Shown: positions 14,203 to 26,432 of the stretch, in pieces
Layout of the letters: the number at the start of each line of letters is the position of its first letter
How positions within the stretch are numbered: position 1 is the stretch's first letter
Notes under the pieces: model-generated
Databases searched by the model: none
Seen by the model: only the letters and a program-made list of their open reading frames with translations
Told to the model about the DNA's origin: nothing
Made by a program: the position numbers and the translations under genes
Source of the DNA: Basidiobolus meristosporus CBS 931.73
Taxonomy: Eukaryota > Fungi > Basidiobolomycota
DNA: 64,000 nucleotides
Assembly (NCBI GenBank): GCA_002104905.1
Contig: MCFE01000002.1
Span: forward strand, 124,001-188,000
Reading direction: 5' to 3'

Positions 14203-15367
14203 TATGTGTGTTCAACCTTGGGAAGTATTATGCTATCTGGGCTATGTAGTAATGGCTTTGGTGGGGGTGGGGGGTGTTATGAAAGTACAATGACGATTTT
14301 CGATGAAAGTGCTGGGCAGTCTCCCATTTTCTGTGGCACCTATAGAAATCAACCATGATCGGTGTGAAATTGCTGCGATACAAGATCTCTATAGTGTCCC
14401 TATTGGCTTCATCTGTTAGAGAATGGGATTTTCAAATTCAGATTACTGATTATTGGACCAACACTTGGTCACGCCTCTTCACTTAATTCAAGATGCACGC
14501 TCTGGTCCACAATCGAGATTACTGAACTGGTGTTGCCACACTATTTGGCTCTCTATTTGGAGAACTAGCACTATGTTGTTCAGTAGGATTGCTGTTTTAA
14601 AGCCCCTGTACTTCATAACTCTAACATACATTTATATTCACTTATTTTATACTTGATAAATGTGCTACCATCTCCACTGGGCAGTTTTTAATAAAGTTGA
14701 TATGTTAATGCATAAAAAGGTGATGGCATCATATCTACATTTTGTATACTTTGGCATTTAATACTGCACACTGATATTCCACCTACTGTGATTTGTAAGT
14801 AACTCAGAGAAGTGACAACCAAGCAACACTAAAACACTTTGTAGAAAACAGGCCAGATCACTATTACTGTAGGTTGTGTTGCAATGTTACAAAAATGCAA
14901 TTGGCATGCAGATTGCCTACATGTTACCTCTAACAAAGCATGTTATGAGAGCAAAAAGTAATTCTTTGAGTATCAAAAGGGTGAACAAGTAGCATTTAAT
15001 GAGCATTTCACCTTTACAAGTACATATACTACTCAAGTTAGTCACTTTGATCACTATATAAAGCTAGTTCCTAAGATATTGAGAGTTTTAATTTTAGAGA
15101 AATTTGGAATCAGCTGATATTATAATGGTATTCTGCAGACTTCTCTTAATTTTATCTTAGGAGTAACAAGAGGATGTAAAGCTTTGTGCCTCAATGTGTA
15201 GCTAGCTATAGACCTACATTGCCTTTTAGGTACTATATGGTACTACATGGCATCCATGGCTTGATGTGGTACTATTTTTTGGAATACATTTAGTATTATT
15301 GACTGCAAATTTTTTAATATAGTTAATTGCAAACATCACAAACAACTAGTAAAGAAGGACTTCTTTA

Positions 15368-15560
15368 TGTTGTAAGCTTTGTAATTAAACCTAAATAGTT
15401 ACTAAATGTAGTCATTTATATCATCACCTCTAAATTGTAGAGAATTCTGACCAAATTCCTTTTTAGAATTTACCTGAAATATTTTCACTAAAACATCAGG
15501 TACCCAGTTCACCAGATTTCTGAAAAGTGGTCCCAAGAGACCCATGCTTCATATACAGTG
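15368..15560 (+). repeat. Partial, diverged copia-family LTR
   Basis: Starts TGTTGTAA and aligns loosely with the first ~190 nt of the LTR at 16020. Confidence 0.5.
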
Positions 15561-16019
15561 TTGTGCATCAACATTTAAGACCTAGCCAATTTTACTCTGT
15601 TAAGACATCTAGTACCCCGACTGATTTTCCTTAACTCAAATATAACTAATCCCAGTTATGGTTTATTTTATCCCATCTCAGAATCCATCTTGAGCTTCAC
15701 ACCTGATCAATTCTCATGTGGTCATTACATCATCAACTGATCTGCCAAGCCTTTTCAAGTGGTTAGTCATCTGAGATCTATCCAAGCACTTGACAGTTGC
15801 CAAGACATCAGCTGATTGATTATGCAATTTCCATTTATCTTATGCACCTATCAGCACCCAAGTTGATGTCAATTACTCCAGTCTCTTGGTGCTAACTAAC
15901 TCCACCTGATCAGGGAAGTATAAAAAAGTTTACTGAACCTTTTGACATTGTATATGTCTCAACAAAATTACAATTGTTTCTCAGCAAGATTAAGAATTCA
16001 ACAATTCTGTTCAAGCTTC

Positions 16020-16369
16020 TGTTGTAAAAACTTGTAAATCCACCTAAATATTCACCTCACTTGGTCACTCAGATCATTACCTACAGATCTCAGAGAATAC
16101 TGACCAAACTCCTTGTTGGGATTTACTTAGAATATTTTCACCATAATATTAGGTACTCAGAACATGAAAATTCTGAAAGTTGTCCAAACAGTCCCAAACT
16201 TTGCACACATACTCTTGTGACTTTCCTACATATACTCTATGTACTTGTCATAACAAGACTATGTAAAAGTATAAATACTACTTTTGCAATCAATAGGTCA
16301 TTGAGTAGAACCACATAATTTACTTGTTCTTCCAATAACTTCCAATATCTCCAAGCCTCTTACAACAGG
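16020..16369 (+). repeat. Copia 5' LTR (350 bp)
   Basis: TGTTG...CAACA termini immediately followed by the PBS. Confidence 0.88.
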
Positions 16370-16385
16370 TTAGGAGTCCCAGGCT
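16370..16385 (+). promoter_or_regulatory. Copia primer-binding site, first copy (internal tRNA-iMet type)
   Basis: GGTTAGGAGTCCCAGG resembles GGTTATGGGCCCAG, the complement of the tRNA-iMet anticodon region used by copia-type elements. Confidence 0.7.
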
Positions 16386-16756
16386 GTCACTCTCTGCAAG
16401 ATCTACTACTACTATTACCAGAATTTTTGCCTCTACTGAAAAGTTGCATGGATCAAATACCAAGTGTAGAAGGTGAAGATGAAGATGTTGCTACCAGAAC
16501 AAGGCCTTTGGGATATTGTCATGGGAGAAGAATGTCCTCCTAACAATGTGGGAGAGGAATACTTAAAGTATCAGAAGAATGAACAAAGTGCCTTTAACTG
16601 CACTTGCCTTAATGTTAAGGACAAGTTGCTAATTCAATGCTGAACAGAAAAAATGGCAAAGAATGCATGGAAGACATCAGGAGACACATACGAGTCATGT
16701 TCAAGTGCTCAGAAAATGTATCTTAAAAGAGAATTCTTTCCTAGACTCTTACAACA

Positions 16757-16772
16757 GGTTATGAGCTCCAGC
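16757..16772 (+). promoter_or_regulatory. Copia primer-binding site, second copy
   Basis: GGTTATGAGCTCCAGC follows a repeat of the LTR tip CTCTTACAACA. Confidence 0.75.
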
Positions 16773-17893
16773 TGTCACTCTCTACAATATCTACTAATGC
16801 TATTACTATAACTTTTCCCTCCACTGAAAAGTTGGATGGATCCAACTACCAACTGTGGAAGGTGAAGATCAAGATGCTGCTACCAGAAAGAGGCCTTTGG
16901 GATAGTGTCATGGGAGAGAAATTCCCTCCTAAAAGTGTGGGAGAGGAAGCCTTAAAGTACCAGAATAAAGAACAAAGTGCCTTTAACTGCAATTGCCTTC
17001 ATATCAAAGACAAATCACTAATTCAATGGTCAAGAGCAAAACTGCAAAGAATGCCTGGAAGGCATTGGAAGACACCTACCAGTCATGCTCAGCTGCTGAA
17101 AAAATGTATCTGAGACAAAAATTACTTACTACAAAGATGCTGCCAGCCAAAGAAATGAAAAATCTAATCAAAAGTACTACCCTGCTTGTGCATGCAATGG
17201 AATCTATGCACATACTAGCTGCTGATGAGGATGTGATAGTTACCATCCTGAATAGCCTGACAGACAAGTCTTGGGGTTTCCTATTGGCTCTAGATTCCAG
17301 AACTGAAGATTTGACCTTGAATTAAGCACATAGAAGGCTGCTGGATGAAGAATTAAGAAAGTCAAGTGCCAATAAGAAAGAAGAAGAAAACCCTCTAATA
17401 AGCAATGCTAACCAACAAAGGAGGTATCCAAGACCCTTTAAAGGCAAAAGCAATCTGTTGTGCAACTACTGCAAAAGGAAAGGACACAAATCAAATTAGT
17501 GCCTCAAAAAGAGAGATAGCCAGCTGAAAAAGCCTGAATATGTAAATGCTGCAGCAACTAATGATAGAATATTCATATCTGCACCAAATATGACCAAAAA
17601 CAAGGATTTTTAGACATAGCATATTGACTCTAGAGCATCCCAACACTTCACACACAAAGAGTACTATTTACCCAATACCAAGAAATTCTAATCAAGAAGG
17701 TTTCATGGGTGATGACAGAACACTTGATGCAGTTAGAGAAGATATTATCCAAGTAAACCTTAGAAGTAGTGAAGAAAGCTACACACCTACCTTCAAAGAG
17801 GTACTCTATGTTCTAGAAATAGCCAAGAACCTACTATCTGTAAGCTGTTGTAAGAGTCTTAGAGATATCAGAAGTGATTGGGAGAACAAGTTG

Positions 17894-19739
17894 CCCTATG
17901 AAAAATAACTTGATCCCTCAGGTAGATCCAATCCAGATCAGCCATCATAATCCCATCAGGAGACTGTAATAGTACCAGCAGCTTGGAGTTAATTACCCTC
18001 TACATGATTTTATGACAGGATCATAACAGCAATTGGCCAATTTTATAGCCAAATATAGTAAAAACATTACAGTACTTAGGTAGTGTTTTGCTGGGGGTGA
18101 TATGGCATTGTTGTAGTCTTGGTGCACTCTACAACTATTTGAGTGGATCTAACCAGCTAGTATGACCAATTACCTTATATGGCAAAAAACTTGATGGTGT
18201 TTTGACAGCCTCATTGCAAGCCTCTAATGGAGTTATTATGGCATTGAAGTGGCCTACAGCTAGATCTGTATAATGCTACTGTACTAATTTACCAAATGGT
18301 ATTTCCTTTGTCTACCTCCCCTTATGCAATTCATATATTCCACCATAGAATCACCCCTTTTTATTTGCTTACCCACTACTACCTTGGGTAATCCACATAT
18401 AGTTCAAATTAAGATAAACTATGATCTCCTGTTTACTAACCTCTACATATGTGCACACCTGCCACACTTTGCATACTTCTATCACCTCAACTTTATGGCT
18501 TTTTAGTGTGATACTTGCAGAGTAGCCATATACCTTGTATTGCTAGCAACATATACGTCTTGAAAACATATGCTTGGTTGCCACTACTTCTGCCATGAAT
18601 ACCACCTGATTATCCACAAAGAATATTGTAGTATTTAGCCAATATATTCCTTATCCCTGCTGGATTCTAGTCCCCCTTGCAGGTATGCTTTGGCTCTTGT
18701 TTATGTGAATTCCATATTGAATGGTGTGGAAATTGGCTTGTGACCAAGAGAAACCCAGCACACTTTGGCAGAGTTTGCTTAATAAAAATTATTTGCTTGT
18801 TGTACCCTAACCAACTTTACATTACTTAACTGATTACCCACACATTGGGGCTACTTAGCTTTGTAATTCCATAGGCATAGGTGTCTCCATGTGCACATCT
18901 GTCCGCATAATTTTCCAACTCTTCCTGGCTGTTCTCCACATGCCAATTCATCACATACATGACAGACTTGAAGGTGATATTCTTGATGAGATTGGGATAT
19001 GGTAGTAGTTGCAACTTTATTTATCTTCATATCTCCCCACACATCCACTCTATAGAAAACTCCCAAAAGGTGGAGCAAGGCTCAATATTCTCCACACCAA
19101 GCAAGATGGAGTAGGGAATGGATACAGTAGTGGCAGAGATCTATGCATTCAGCTGCATGTTTGTAGTATAGCCACTTAAATCCCATCACAAACTCCATGC
19201 ACAAAAGCTGTAGATGTGTCAAGTTGGCATTAGTGATCCACTTCTGGATAAATATTCCTACAATTCCCACATATGACTCCCAATGCATCCAGTGAACTCT
19301 TGGAAGAAATGGCATCAGAAGGCCACTTGAATAAGTACATATCCAGCTCATCCAGTACTTGCACCTGTATAGTTTCATATGCATACAAATGTTGATTGGA
19401 GCCTGTGAGAAGTACTTAAGGTAGCAGATACTCTGTACTATCTTGCCAATTCTTTAAATTTTGCCAGTACCTTGAAGGGCTCATTCAGCTTGATATGCCT
19501 AACTTACAATATGGCCGTCAATATAGGTATATTGTTGAATAGCAAATGCATTGCTCCCAGTGGAAAGCTTTTGCTCCAACAGATACCCTTTATATTCCAT
19601 ATCTCTGGTTTCAGATTAATTCCATACTTTAGCCAATGGCTTATAGCTTGCCAGCTTTGCTGTAATTGCATGCTGACTTCTGTATGTTCTCTTTGCAGGA
19701 AAATGATGTTTGTAGTGTTAGTATTTGGGTAATAATAGT
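17894..19739 (-). mobile_element. CACTA/EnSpm family: transposase-side end plus C-terminal Tnp2 transposase remnant
   Basis: TIR CCCTATGAAAAATAA then the subterminal CCCTCAGGTAGATCC block. Minus-strand NANLTHLQLL...CHYCIHSLLHLAWCGEY...PYPNLIKNI resembles the fungal Tnp2 transposase C-terminus. Confidence 0.8.
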
Positions 19740-21532
19740 CCCTAGGAAAAGTTATTGTAATGATCCCATCAAAAGGCCATCACAAAGTTAAAGTCCTGTG
19801 ATTAAGAGGTACTGATCCTGTTAAGACACTGTCCAGAGACCTTTGAAAAATAATTTCACCCCAGATTTCACAAAAAACTTAGTCAAAATTTTTCATCACA
19901 ATGATGTATAAGTGGCTTTTGATCAGTTCCCTGCCAATTTGCTCACTTTCTGATCCTAGACACTCTATCACCTCCTACATTTGTGTGCATTGATTGGCTA
20001 TTGCCTCCTTTTCACACTCCTTACTTCCTAATTCAACCATTTCTCTTACTTTTCATGCGTACAAATTGATTTATTTCCATTGTATTGACATAGTTAAGTC
20101 CCTATACCCTGCATTAACATTAAGCCCAATCTACACTCAACAGGTAACTCCATTAAAATGCACAACTTAATAAGTATTTCTGCTATAATGCTCCAGTTCC
20201 ACAACTTTGGTGGGAGCCCAACAGCTTTATGCCACTGTTCATTCATTGGTGCCCACGCATCCTGGTCTTCAGCCAGCAATGCAAGGTCTAGCACCTCATC
20301 TGCCAGTCTTTGCAATATATCCTTGCAATATTCAAGTGCATTTTCTTGAGCACTGCTCTTGAAGAAGTGCAGCAACCTCTTGGTGTGCCTATTGATTTTC
20401 CAAAGTTCCACTGAAGGCATTGTGATAGTCTTTTGAGCTCTTGATGTTGCAGCCTTCTCTGTCAGTGGGATCTCCACTCTGTCAACAATGGTGGATGTGG
20501 AGGCTGTGGTAGACAAATTGCATTTTTCTGCAAACTAAATTACCTTTCTGAAGTGTAGCTCAACTGGCTGTGCTTCCAACTCTTATGAAAACAGATGTTT
20601 TATTGTTGGTAATTCTTCTTGGCTATGATGGGATTCAGTCTGTTCCTGGCTTGTGGTGTTAATTGGCATGAACTGCAGTTTCTTTTGCATACCTCCCTGT
20701 CTCAGGCTTGGGTAGACATTTTTCCCTTTACCTTTTCTTTTATCACTGCCAAGTCTTTCAGTGATGCTTTGTCTGAGTGCTTCTTGTAATCAACTTCATT
20801 TTCTCCTTGCTAAATTCTGCTCTGATGCATCTGTTTTGGCCTGCTTGTCCCTTGCTGGCACTCTTCTGGGAACCTGATGTTTCTTTTTTGCTTGTTTTGA
20901 GCTCTCAACTGTAGTTGTGATGGGCACCTGCAAAAGCCACTGGTTTCATCACTGTCAGGTTCTTCACTGCTACTTTGACTAAGTGCTTCTTGAGTGGTAC
21001 TAAGCTTTTTCCTTGATAAATGTTGCACTGGTGCATCTGTGTCAGCCTGCTTGTCCCTAATTGGGACTCTTCCAGCTACCTGACATCTCTTTGATGCTTG
21101 TCTGGAGCTTTTGGCCCCGCTTGTAACAGGCTGTTGAGGATGCTGCTAGTTTTTAGCCATGACACCCTTGTTCTTCTGCCTTTGACAGTTTCTGCTATTC
21201 TTATACTACTTTCTTAGCATACCAATGCTGGCCCAAAATGTGCTTGCCAGTTTGAATCCAGGATACTGCTCATGGAACAAGTCAAGTGCATTCTGCTTGG
21301 CCTTGAGTTCTGGATTATCCCATAGTGTGCCAGCCCTAAGGTGACATAGCTTTTTTTTGATTTAAACTATATGTGAAATACCCAAGGTAGTAGAGGGTAA
21401 GCAAATAAAGAAGGGTGATTCTACAGTGCAATATATTAATTGCACAAGGGGAGGTAGAAAAAGGAAGTACTATTTGGTAAATTGGTATGGTAGCATTATA
21501 CAAAACCAACTGTAGGCCACCATACTGCCAAT
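19740..21532 (-). mobile_element. Internally deleted CACTA copy: ORF2-side TIR, ORF2 3' part, then transposase-side subterminal sequence
   Basis: Begins CCCTAGGAAAAGTTATTGTAATGATCCC (ORF2-side end). ORF2 remnant HFFKSSAQENALEYCKDILQRLADEVLDLA matches the copies at 33-35 kb and 60-62 kb. Confidence 0.75.
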
Positions 21533-21688
21533 AGACTTGTTCCATTGGATAGTGCCACATAGTGCCAGATCTATCTGGCACTATTGGGCACTATAATTTC
21601 TACCATCATGCCAGTGGTAGGATATAGTTACTGGTAGTTTTACTCATTCTTACTAATATTGCTCAGAGTTGTGCTTTCCTTGCTTTAT

Positions 21689-22572
21689 TTACTCTTCATA
21701 ATGCTCTAGGCACATTACTCTTAGTGGATGTCTTCTTGTATGAATATACTGTGCATTGGTAAGTATCTTAACTATTTTACCTATTTGGCTGTTTTCTCCT
21801 ATATATGACTTTCCTCTGTATTTACCTGCCAATATGCTGAATCTCTTCAGATATCCAAATGTATGCTCTACCCTCACTCTAAAATGATTGAATATTTCAC
21901 TCTAGAGCTTCTGCTTCCTGCTAAGCACACCATTCCTTGGCTTCCTATAAGCTGTAATACATCCTAATCTCTGACAATCCTCTCCTATATAAGCTAAGTC
22001 TGCCATACATTTCTCCCCTCTACTGAATACTGGATGATTCTCTACCCAGAGTGCTTTGTCATGCCTACTTTGTGTGAATGGCCCACTAAACCAGATGATG
22101 TTACCCTCAATGTCAGACAGTGCTTGAAACTTCACACAGTGTACCTTGTACTTGCCAGAATAAAAGTGCCTCTGCACTCTAGAAGGTCTGTTAGTCCTGA
22201 CTGGGAAGGTATCCAAAATACTCCTCATATGCAACCAGCTGCTGAACACTCTGGGATATGGAAGTCTATTGAAGCTACTGAACCTAGTACTCCAAACTTG
22301 CTCCAAGTCATTCATACACTCTGCAAGGTTGTTCTCCATTGCTGTCAGCTGGGAATGAAAGCTTCTAGGACTTTTGTTGCCATGTATAGTGGGATGAAAC
22401 CTTGTAGGGCAATGGTTCTTGTAATAGCAGAGAAGCTTAACAAGGGATCTCCTTGAGTAGATTGGGGTAGATGGACTACAGTTCTTGGTATAGATCTCCT
22501 CTAGTGTGTCAAAAGGAAATCCAGTGGTAGTGATGTGATTGATGAAAAAGACCATTCAGATGTGTAAGTCAT
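21689..22572 (-). pseudogene. DDE_Tnp_4-type transposase, inactivated
   Basis: Closely similar to the ORF at 58756-59640, with TAC>TAG at 21902-21904 and a 1-nt deletion near the start. Confidence 0.88.
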
Positions 22573-23018
22573 ATTAAAATTGGTAAGGATTAGGCTGAGA
22601 TGATTTGATTTGGTGTGATCAGCGTTATTTATCTGATTTCCCATGCATTATAATCAAATCTCCATCAATTGCCATGTATGGCATCATTATGTTGCAAAAA
22701 TTATCCTCAAAAAATGACTGGGTATTTTTATTGATGTTTTACTCACAGGTCTATAATCAAATAGGAAATCTGCAATTGATGTGATTGGATCCGTGTCAAT
22801 GCAATCCATGATGCATCATGCATAATATATGGAAAATTCAACAATCACATTAGTTTTCATATATATTTCATATAAGACCAGGTTGATGCCAATACACCAC
22901 TGTATAAGTATCCAAATCCCTCACTATAATCACTATACCAAGTCTCAACTCATCTTTAGTTCAACCCAGACAAAACCCATCCCCCAGCTCACAAGCATGG
23001 TCAGGACCAGAACAGGCA

Positions 23019-23619
23019 ATGTCAGATCCATTTGAGTTCTTGCCAAATGATTTCAGTATGGCCTTAGTGTCTATGATGAGCATTCATACAGATATTTGGG
23101 CACTACTCATTAATCAAGCCAAACCAGATACCTTGGAGAGTCAACAGAGCTAGAAGAACCTGAGTAGAAAGCTGTGGCAGGAGTTCTACATCAAGATGCC
23201 AGCATATGTATGTAAAAAGATATATAACAAGACAAGTATTGAAATCAAGAATGAGCTGAGAGTGAGGGGATTTGATAAGAAAGCCACGTGGGAACAATTT
23301 TGTGCACAATCTGCTCAGTACGGGCTGGATGCGTCCATTTGTGCCTCAACTATGGGAACCAAAGAGATTTAGAATGAGTTTTTGCCTCAAATGACTAATG
23401 TATTACATGATATATTAGTAGAGCTAAGTGGCTTCCAAGAGCAATATACACAGGACTCATCCAGGCAACAGTTGCAAAGTATTAGACAGAGGGTAAGTGA
23501 ATACCTTGAGGAATCAGAAGGTGAGCTTCAAGAGCCAGAATACGGACCACAAGCAACATTGTCTAAATTGCACCAGGATGCCTTGCTGGATTTCTTACCA
23601 TCCCTAGCAACTTCAGCGT
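23019..23619 (+). pseudogene. PHIS accessory gene, 5' part, cut by the LTR insertion
   Basis: MSDPFEFLPNDF...RKLWQEFYIKMP and ELRVRGFDKKATWEQFCAQ...EYLEESEGEL match the reverse complement of 57700-58303. Confidence 0.65.
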
Positions 23620-24423
23620 TGTGGTGGTGTAGAGGTACTCCTGGGAGAAGCTACACAACTCAAGGTGTGTGAGGTGTCTGATGGGTGCAATAACCTCTGT
23701 GTCTAAACTGCTGGTGTCTTTGTCAATATGTCACTATGGTAAAAGCTCCTGCTTCTTTAGCTCCCTAGGTGCTCCAAGTGTCTCCAAAGGCCTCTGTGTG
23801 TCTTGTGCACTACCCTGAAAAGCTCCTTGATGGCAGGTCTTAGATGTACTGTTGAAGGCAGGTGCAGTGATCAACTGCTAATCAATAAGGTAGAAGTGTT
23901 ACTGATAGAAGGGATGATTTATTGATGAGGGATTGCTTTCCCTTAAATACTTTTCCTGATTGCCAAGTGATTACTAATGACAAGGTTCTAGAAGATTCTA
24001 GGTATCAGTGGAATTCTTGATGACATCACTATGAGCTAAAAATATGCTAAGAATGTCCTGGAAGGTTCTAAAAGGCACAGCACTCTCAACCAATCAGGAA
24101 TCAGTAGTCTGAAACCTGTGCAACATAGAAATACCATATATGGTATTGAAATGGTAGGGATGGTAACACAGACCTAGGTCATGTGTCACGGGTACTGACG
24201 CGGGTACTTGCCTTATATAGATACATCTACTGATCACAAAGCTAAATAACATCTGGGATAACTAATGCTAATAACTAATCAGGGTAAACATCATATGGGG
24301 ATAATACTGATAATATGGGCAAAAGAAGAATGGGATAATACTGATAAGATAAAATATGGATAAGTATATCATAATGACTATATGAATAAACTTGTCTGTG
24401 GGAGGTATGTTTACCCTACCACA
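23620..24423 (-). repeat. LTR 1 of the array (804 bp)
   Basis: TGTGGT...ACCACA inverted termini. On the minus strand it is preceded by the PPT AAGTGGGGGGTGGA (24424-24437). Confidence 0.93.
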
Positions 24424-24501
24424 TCCACCCCCCACTTGAGCTAAAAAGTTTCAGGGAACTTTTTAGCTAACCACTGTAAGTTTGGAGAACAAAGTGCTCT
24501 C

Positions 24502-26358
24502 TCAGTCTTCCTCAATGAAGCCACCTGTCCTTTCTTGAGATAGAAATCTACATGATGTCATTGATCGGATATTGTTTGAGTCCACACCACAGAAGGTTGC
24601 TGTTAGTCCTGGGCTCTCTGAGTATATAGTATACCATGCTGAACCATCTGGGTAGTTCACTGCAGTTGCTCTTGCTTTTACTTCCCATGGTCTTCCAAGA
24701 AGTAATTCAAAGTTAGCCTTTGCACAAATGAATACTGGGATCTCATGGGGTATTCCTTCAATGATGAGAGGGAAGCTGTGAATAATTCCTAAAAGCTTTG
24801 ATTGCCCTGAGTTGGCATCCTTCATGCTCCAATTGATATTGGTGTCTATGGGCAATAGGTCTTTGCATGGTAGTGGTTTCCAAGCCTCCAAAGGCATCAC
24901 ACATATCTCAGATCCACTGTCTATATGACATAGGATTTCTTGATTATGCACAGTTCCTGTAGTTGTTGCAGTTGCCACTGAGTAGTAGTGTTTCTGGCTT
25001 TGATGCAGCTTACTGATATCTTGGCTTCCTTGAACTGTCCTGACCTGGCTGCCTTGAGTTGCTTCAATTGGATGCTTTCTTATTCTGATATGCTCATCCA
25101 GAGTCTTTCTTACAGATGGTGATACACTGAGTAGCTCTCCAACCTTGATTGATATGTTGCTTCCTAGTATATGACTTGTCAGAGCCTCTGGGGTACCATT
25201 TTGCTTGACTTTAGGCTGCATGTGGTAGTTGTTGGTCTTGGCAGACTCTTGTAGAATTAATGGGGGTGATGCTTTCTTCTCAATCACAACTTCTGGCTCA
25301 CATCTTGGTACTTTTGTTGCTGGGCCTAGATTAGCCATTTTTTCAGGATGGTGTCTCTTTGAAGCATAAATTGAAGCTATATGATCTTGGGCCTCTCTGG
25401 GGTCCTCATAGTCAAAGTTCAGAACTTCAGCTGGATCAAAGTAGTCAGGATCTTCTTCTTCATGGAGGTGAACCTTTCTTGTATGAGAGGTGACTTGCTT
25501 GTAGTGAACTCTCATTCCTCCTTGTCCAAATGCTGTGGATAATTTGTCACCATGCTTACTGACTATGTATCCCTGAGGACTATATAGGACATCACCTGTG
25601 GATAGTAATGACTGAAGCTCTTGGCAATTTCTTTTGGAATGGTTGGCAGAGTCACACCACATGCATGTATATTTGACTTCTTTCTCTACTGGCTTCTGAC
25701 CATATGCTTTGCTGGCAAGTAGCAAAGAGAGTTTCTCTAGTTGCTGTGTCAGCTCCTGAATTTGAGTGCTTTGATTGCTGGGATTAAGTATGTCTTGGCT
25801 ATCTTGGTTTTGTTCTGGGCTTGAAAGAAGCTTTCTGATTGGTGAGGTTTCTTCAGGGGCAAGTAGAATCTGCTTGGCTAACTGAAATGCAGGCAGTGAA
25901 CTCATAGCTTTCACAGTAGGATTGTTTTCAATCCTTCTCACCAGGCCTTCTGGTAGTGCTCTGAGCAGATAGGCAGATAAAGTCAGATCAGTGATAATGC
26001 CTTGGGCTTTCAGTGACTCTCCAATTTGCTCAAGGCCACTCAAGTATTCTTTCAATGGTAGCAGCTTAAACTTGCTATAAGCAAAGTTCTCCAAGTCTTT
26101 AAGTGTGTAGTCAACTTGTCTCTCTCCATATTCATCAATCAAGTAGCTCTTCAAGAGGGTCCAATTTGTCAGCAGATCATTTCTTTCATATAAAGAGAGC
26201 ATGATCTCATCAGTGCTGTAGGGGGGCATCTCTTCAGCCATAATGGCCTCAGGTATTTTGTGGGCTCTGCAGAAAAGCTCCCACCTCTTGATGAAAGCTT
26301 TAACTTTGGTTCCATCAAAGAAAGGAGTTCCTTGCATTCCTGGTAAAGGTAGATCCAT
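24502..26358 (-). CDS. Uninterrupted 618-aa Ty3/gypsy-type Gag-aspartic protease polyprotein
   Basis: FDGTKVKAFIKRWE capsid start, CMWCDSANHSKRNC (CX2CX4HX4C) knuckle, ELLSVSP motif, protease CHIDSGSEICVM and ELLLGRPW. The stop lies about 65 bp before the PPT. Confidence 0.92.
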   Translation of the reverse strand: MDLPLPGMQGTPFFDGTKVKAFIKRWELFCRAHKIPEAIMAEEMPPYSTDEIMLSLYERNDLLTNWTLLKSYLIDEYGERQVDYTLKDLENFAYSKFKLLPLKEYLSGLEQIGESLKAQGIITDLTLSAYLLRALPEGLVRRIENNPTVKAMSSLPAFQLAKQILLAPEETSPIRKLLSSPEQNQDSQDILNPSNQSTQIQELTQQLEKLSLLLASKAYGQKPVEKEVKYTCMWCDSANHSKRNCQELQSLLSTGDVLYSPQGYIVSKHGDKLSTAFGQGGMRVHYKQVTSHTRKVHLHEEEDPDYFDPAEVLNFDYEDPREAQDHIASIYASKRHHPEKMANLGPATKVPRCEPEVVIEKKASPPLILQESAKTNNYHMQPKVKQNGTPEALTSHILGSNISIKVGELLSVSPSVRKTLDEHIRIRKHPIEATQGSQVRTVQGSQDISKLHQSQKHYYSVATATTTGTVHNQEILCHIDSGSEICVMPLEAWKPLPCKDLLPIDTNINWSMKDANSGQSKLLGIIHSFPLIIEGIPHEIPVFICAKANFELLLGRPWEVKARATAVNYPDGSAWYTIYSESPGLTATFCGVDSNNIRSMTSCRFLSQERTGGFIEED

Positions 26359-26410
26359 GGTCTTGATAATTTGTTCTTTCTTAAGTCTTCTAGGGGCAGT
26401 TCAGTCAAAC

Positions 26411-26428
26411 CCCCCACGTTGGGTGCCA
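26411..26428 (-). promoter_or_regulatory. Primer-binding site, tRNA-Lys(CUU) type
   Basis: TGGCACCCAACGTGGGGG versus the canonical Lys1,2 PBS TGGCGCCCAACGTGGGGC, located 4 nt after the LTR end. The second unit has a more decayed copy at ~29225-29243. Confidence 0.85.
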
Positions 26429-26432
26429 AATA

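Larger units (their letters stand above)
16020..17893 (+). mobile_element. 5' half of a Ty1/copia retrotransposon (LTR, PBS, duplicated gag start, zinc knuckle, protease), degenerate
   Basis: LTR then PBS, gag KLDGSNYQLWKVKIKMLL..RGLW present twice, CNYCKRKGHKSN*C knuckle, protease IDSRASQHF and NLLSVS. Truncated at a CACTA TIR at 17894. Confidence 0.9.
21533..23619 (-). mobile_element. PHIS (PIF/Harbinger superfamily) DNA transposon, copy 1, truncated by the LTR array
   Basis: TIR AGACTTGTTCCATTG preceded by AAT. Transposase and divergent accessory gene are collinear with the copy at 56395-59823. Confidence 0.88.

Noticed and set aside
14335-14399. Imperfect 16-bp inverted repeat upstream of PhLP1
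   Set aside because: Short, with mismatches, single copy and no TSD. Compatible with chance.
17915-17935. CCCGCGGGTGGATCC as the element terminus
   Set aside because: In all four cases a CCCTA..AAA TIR lies about 21 bp further out, so this block is subterminal.
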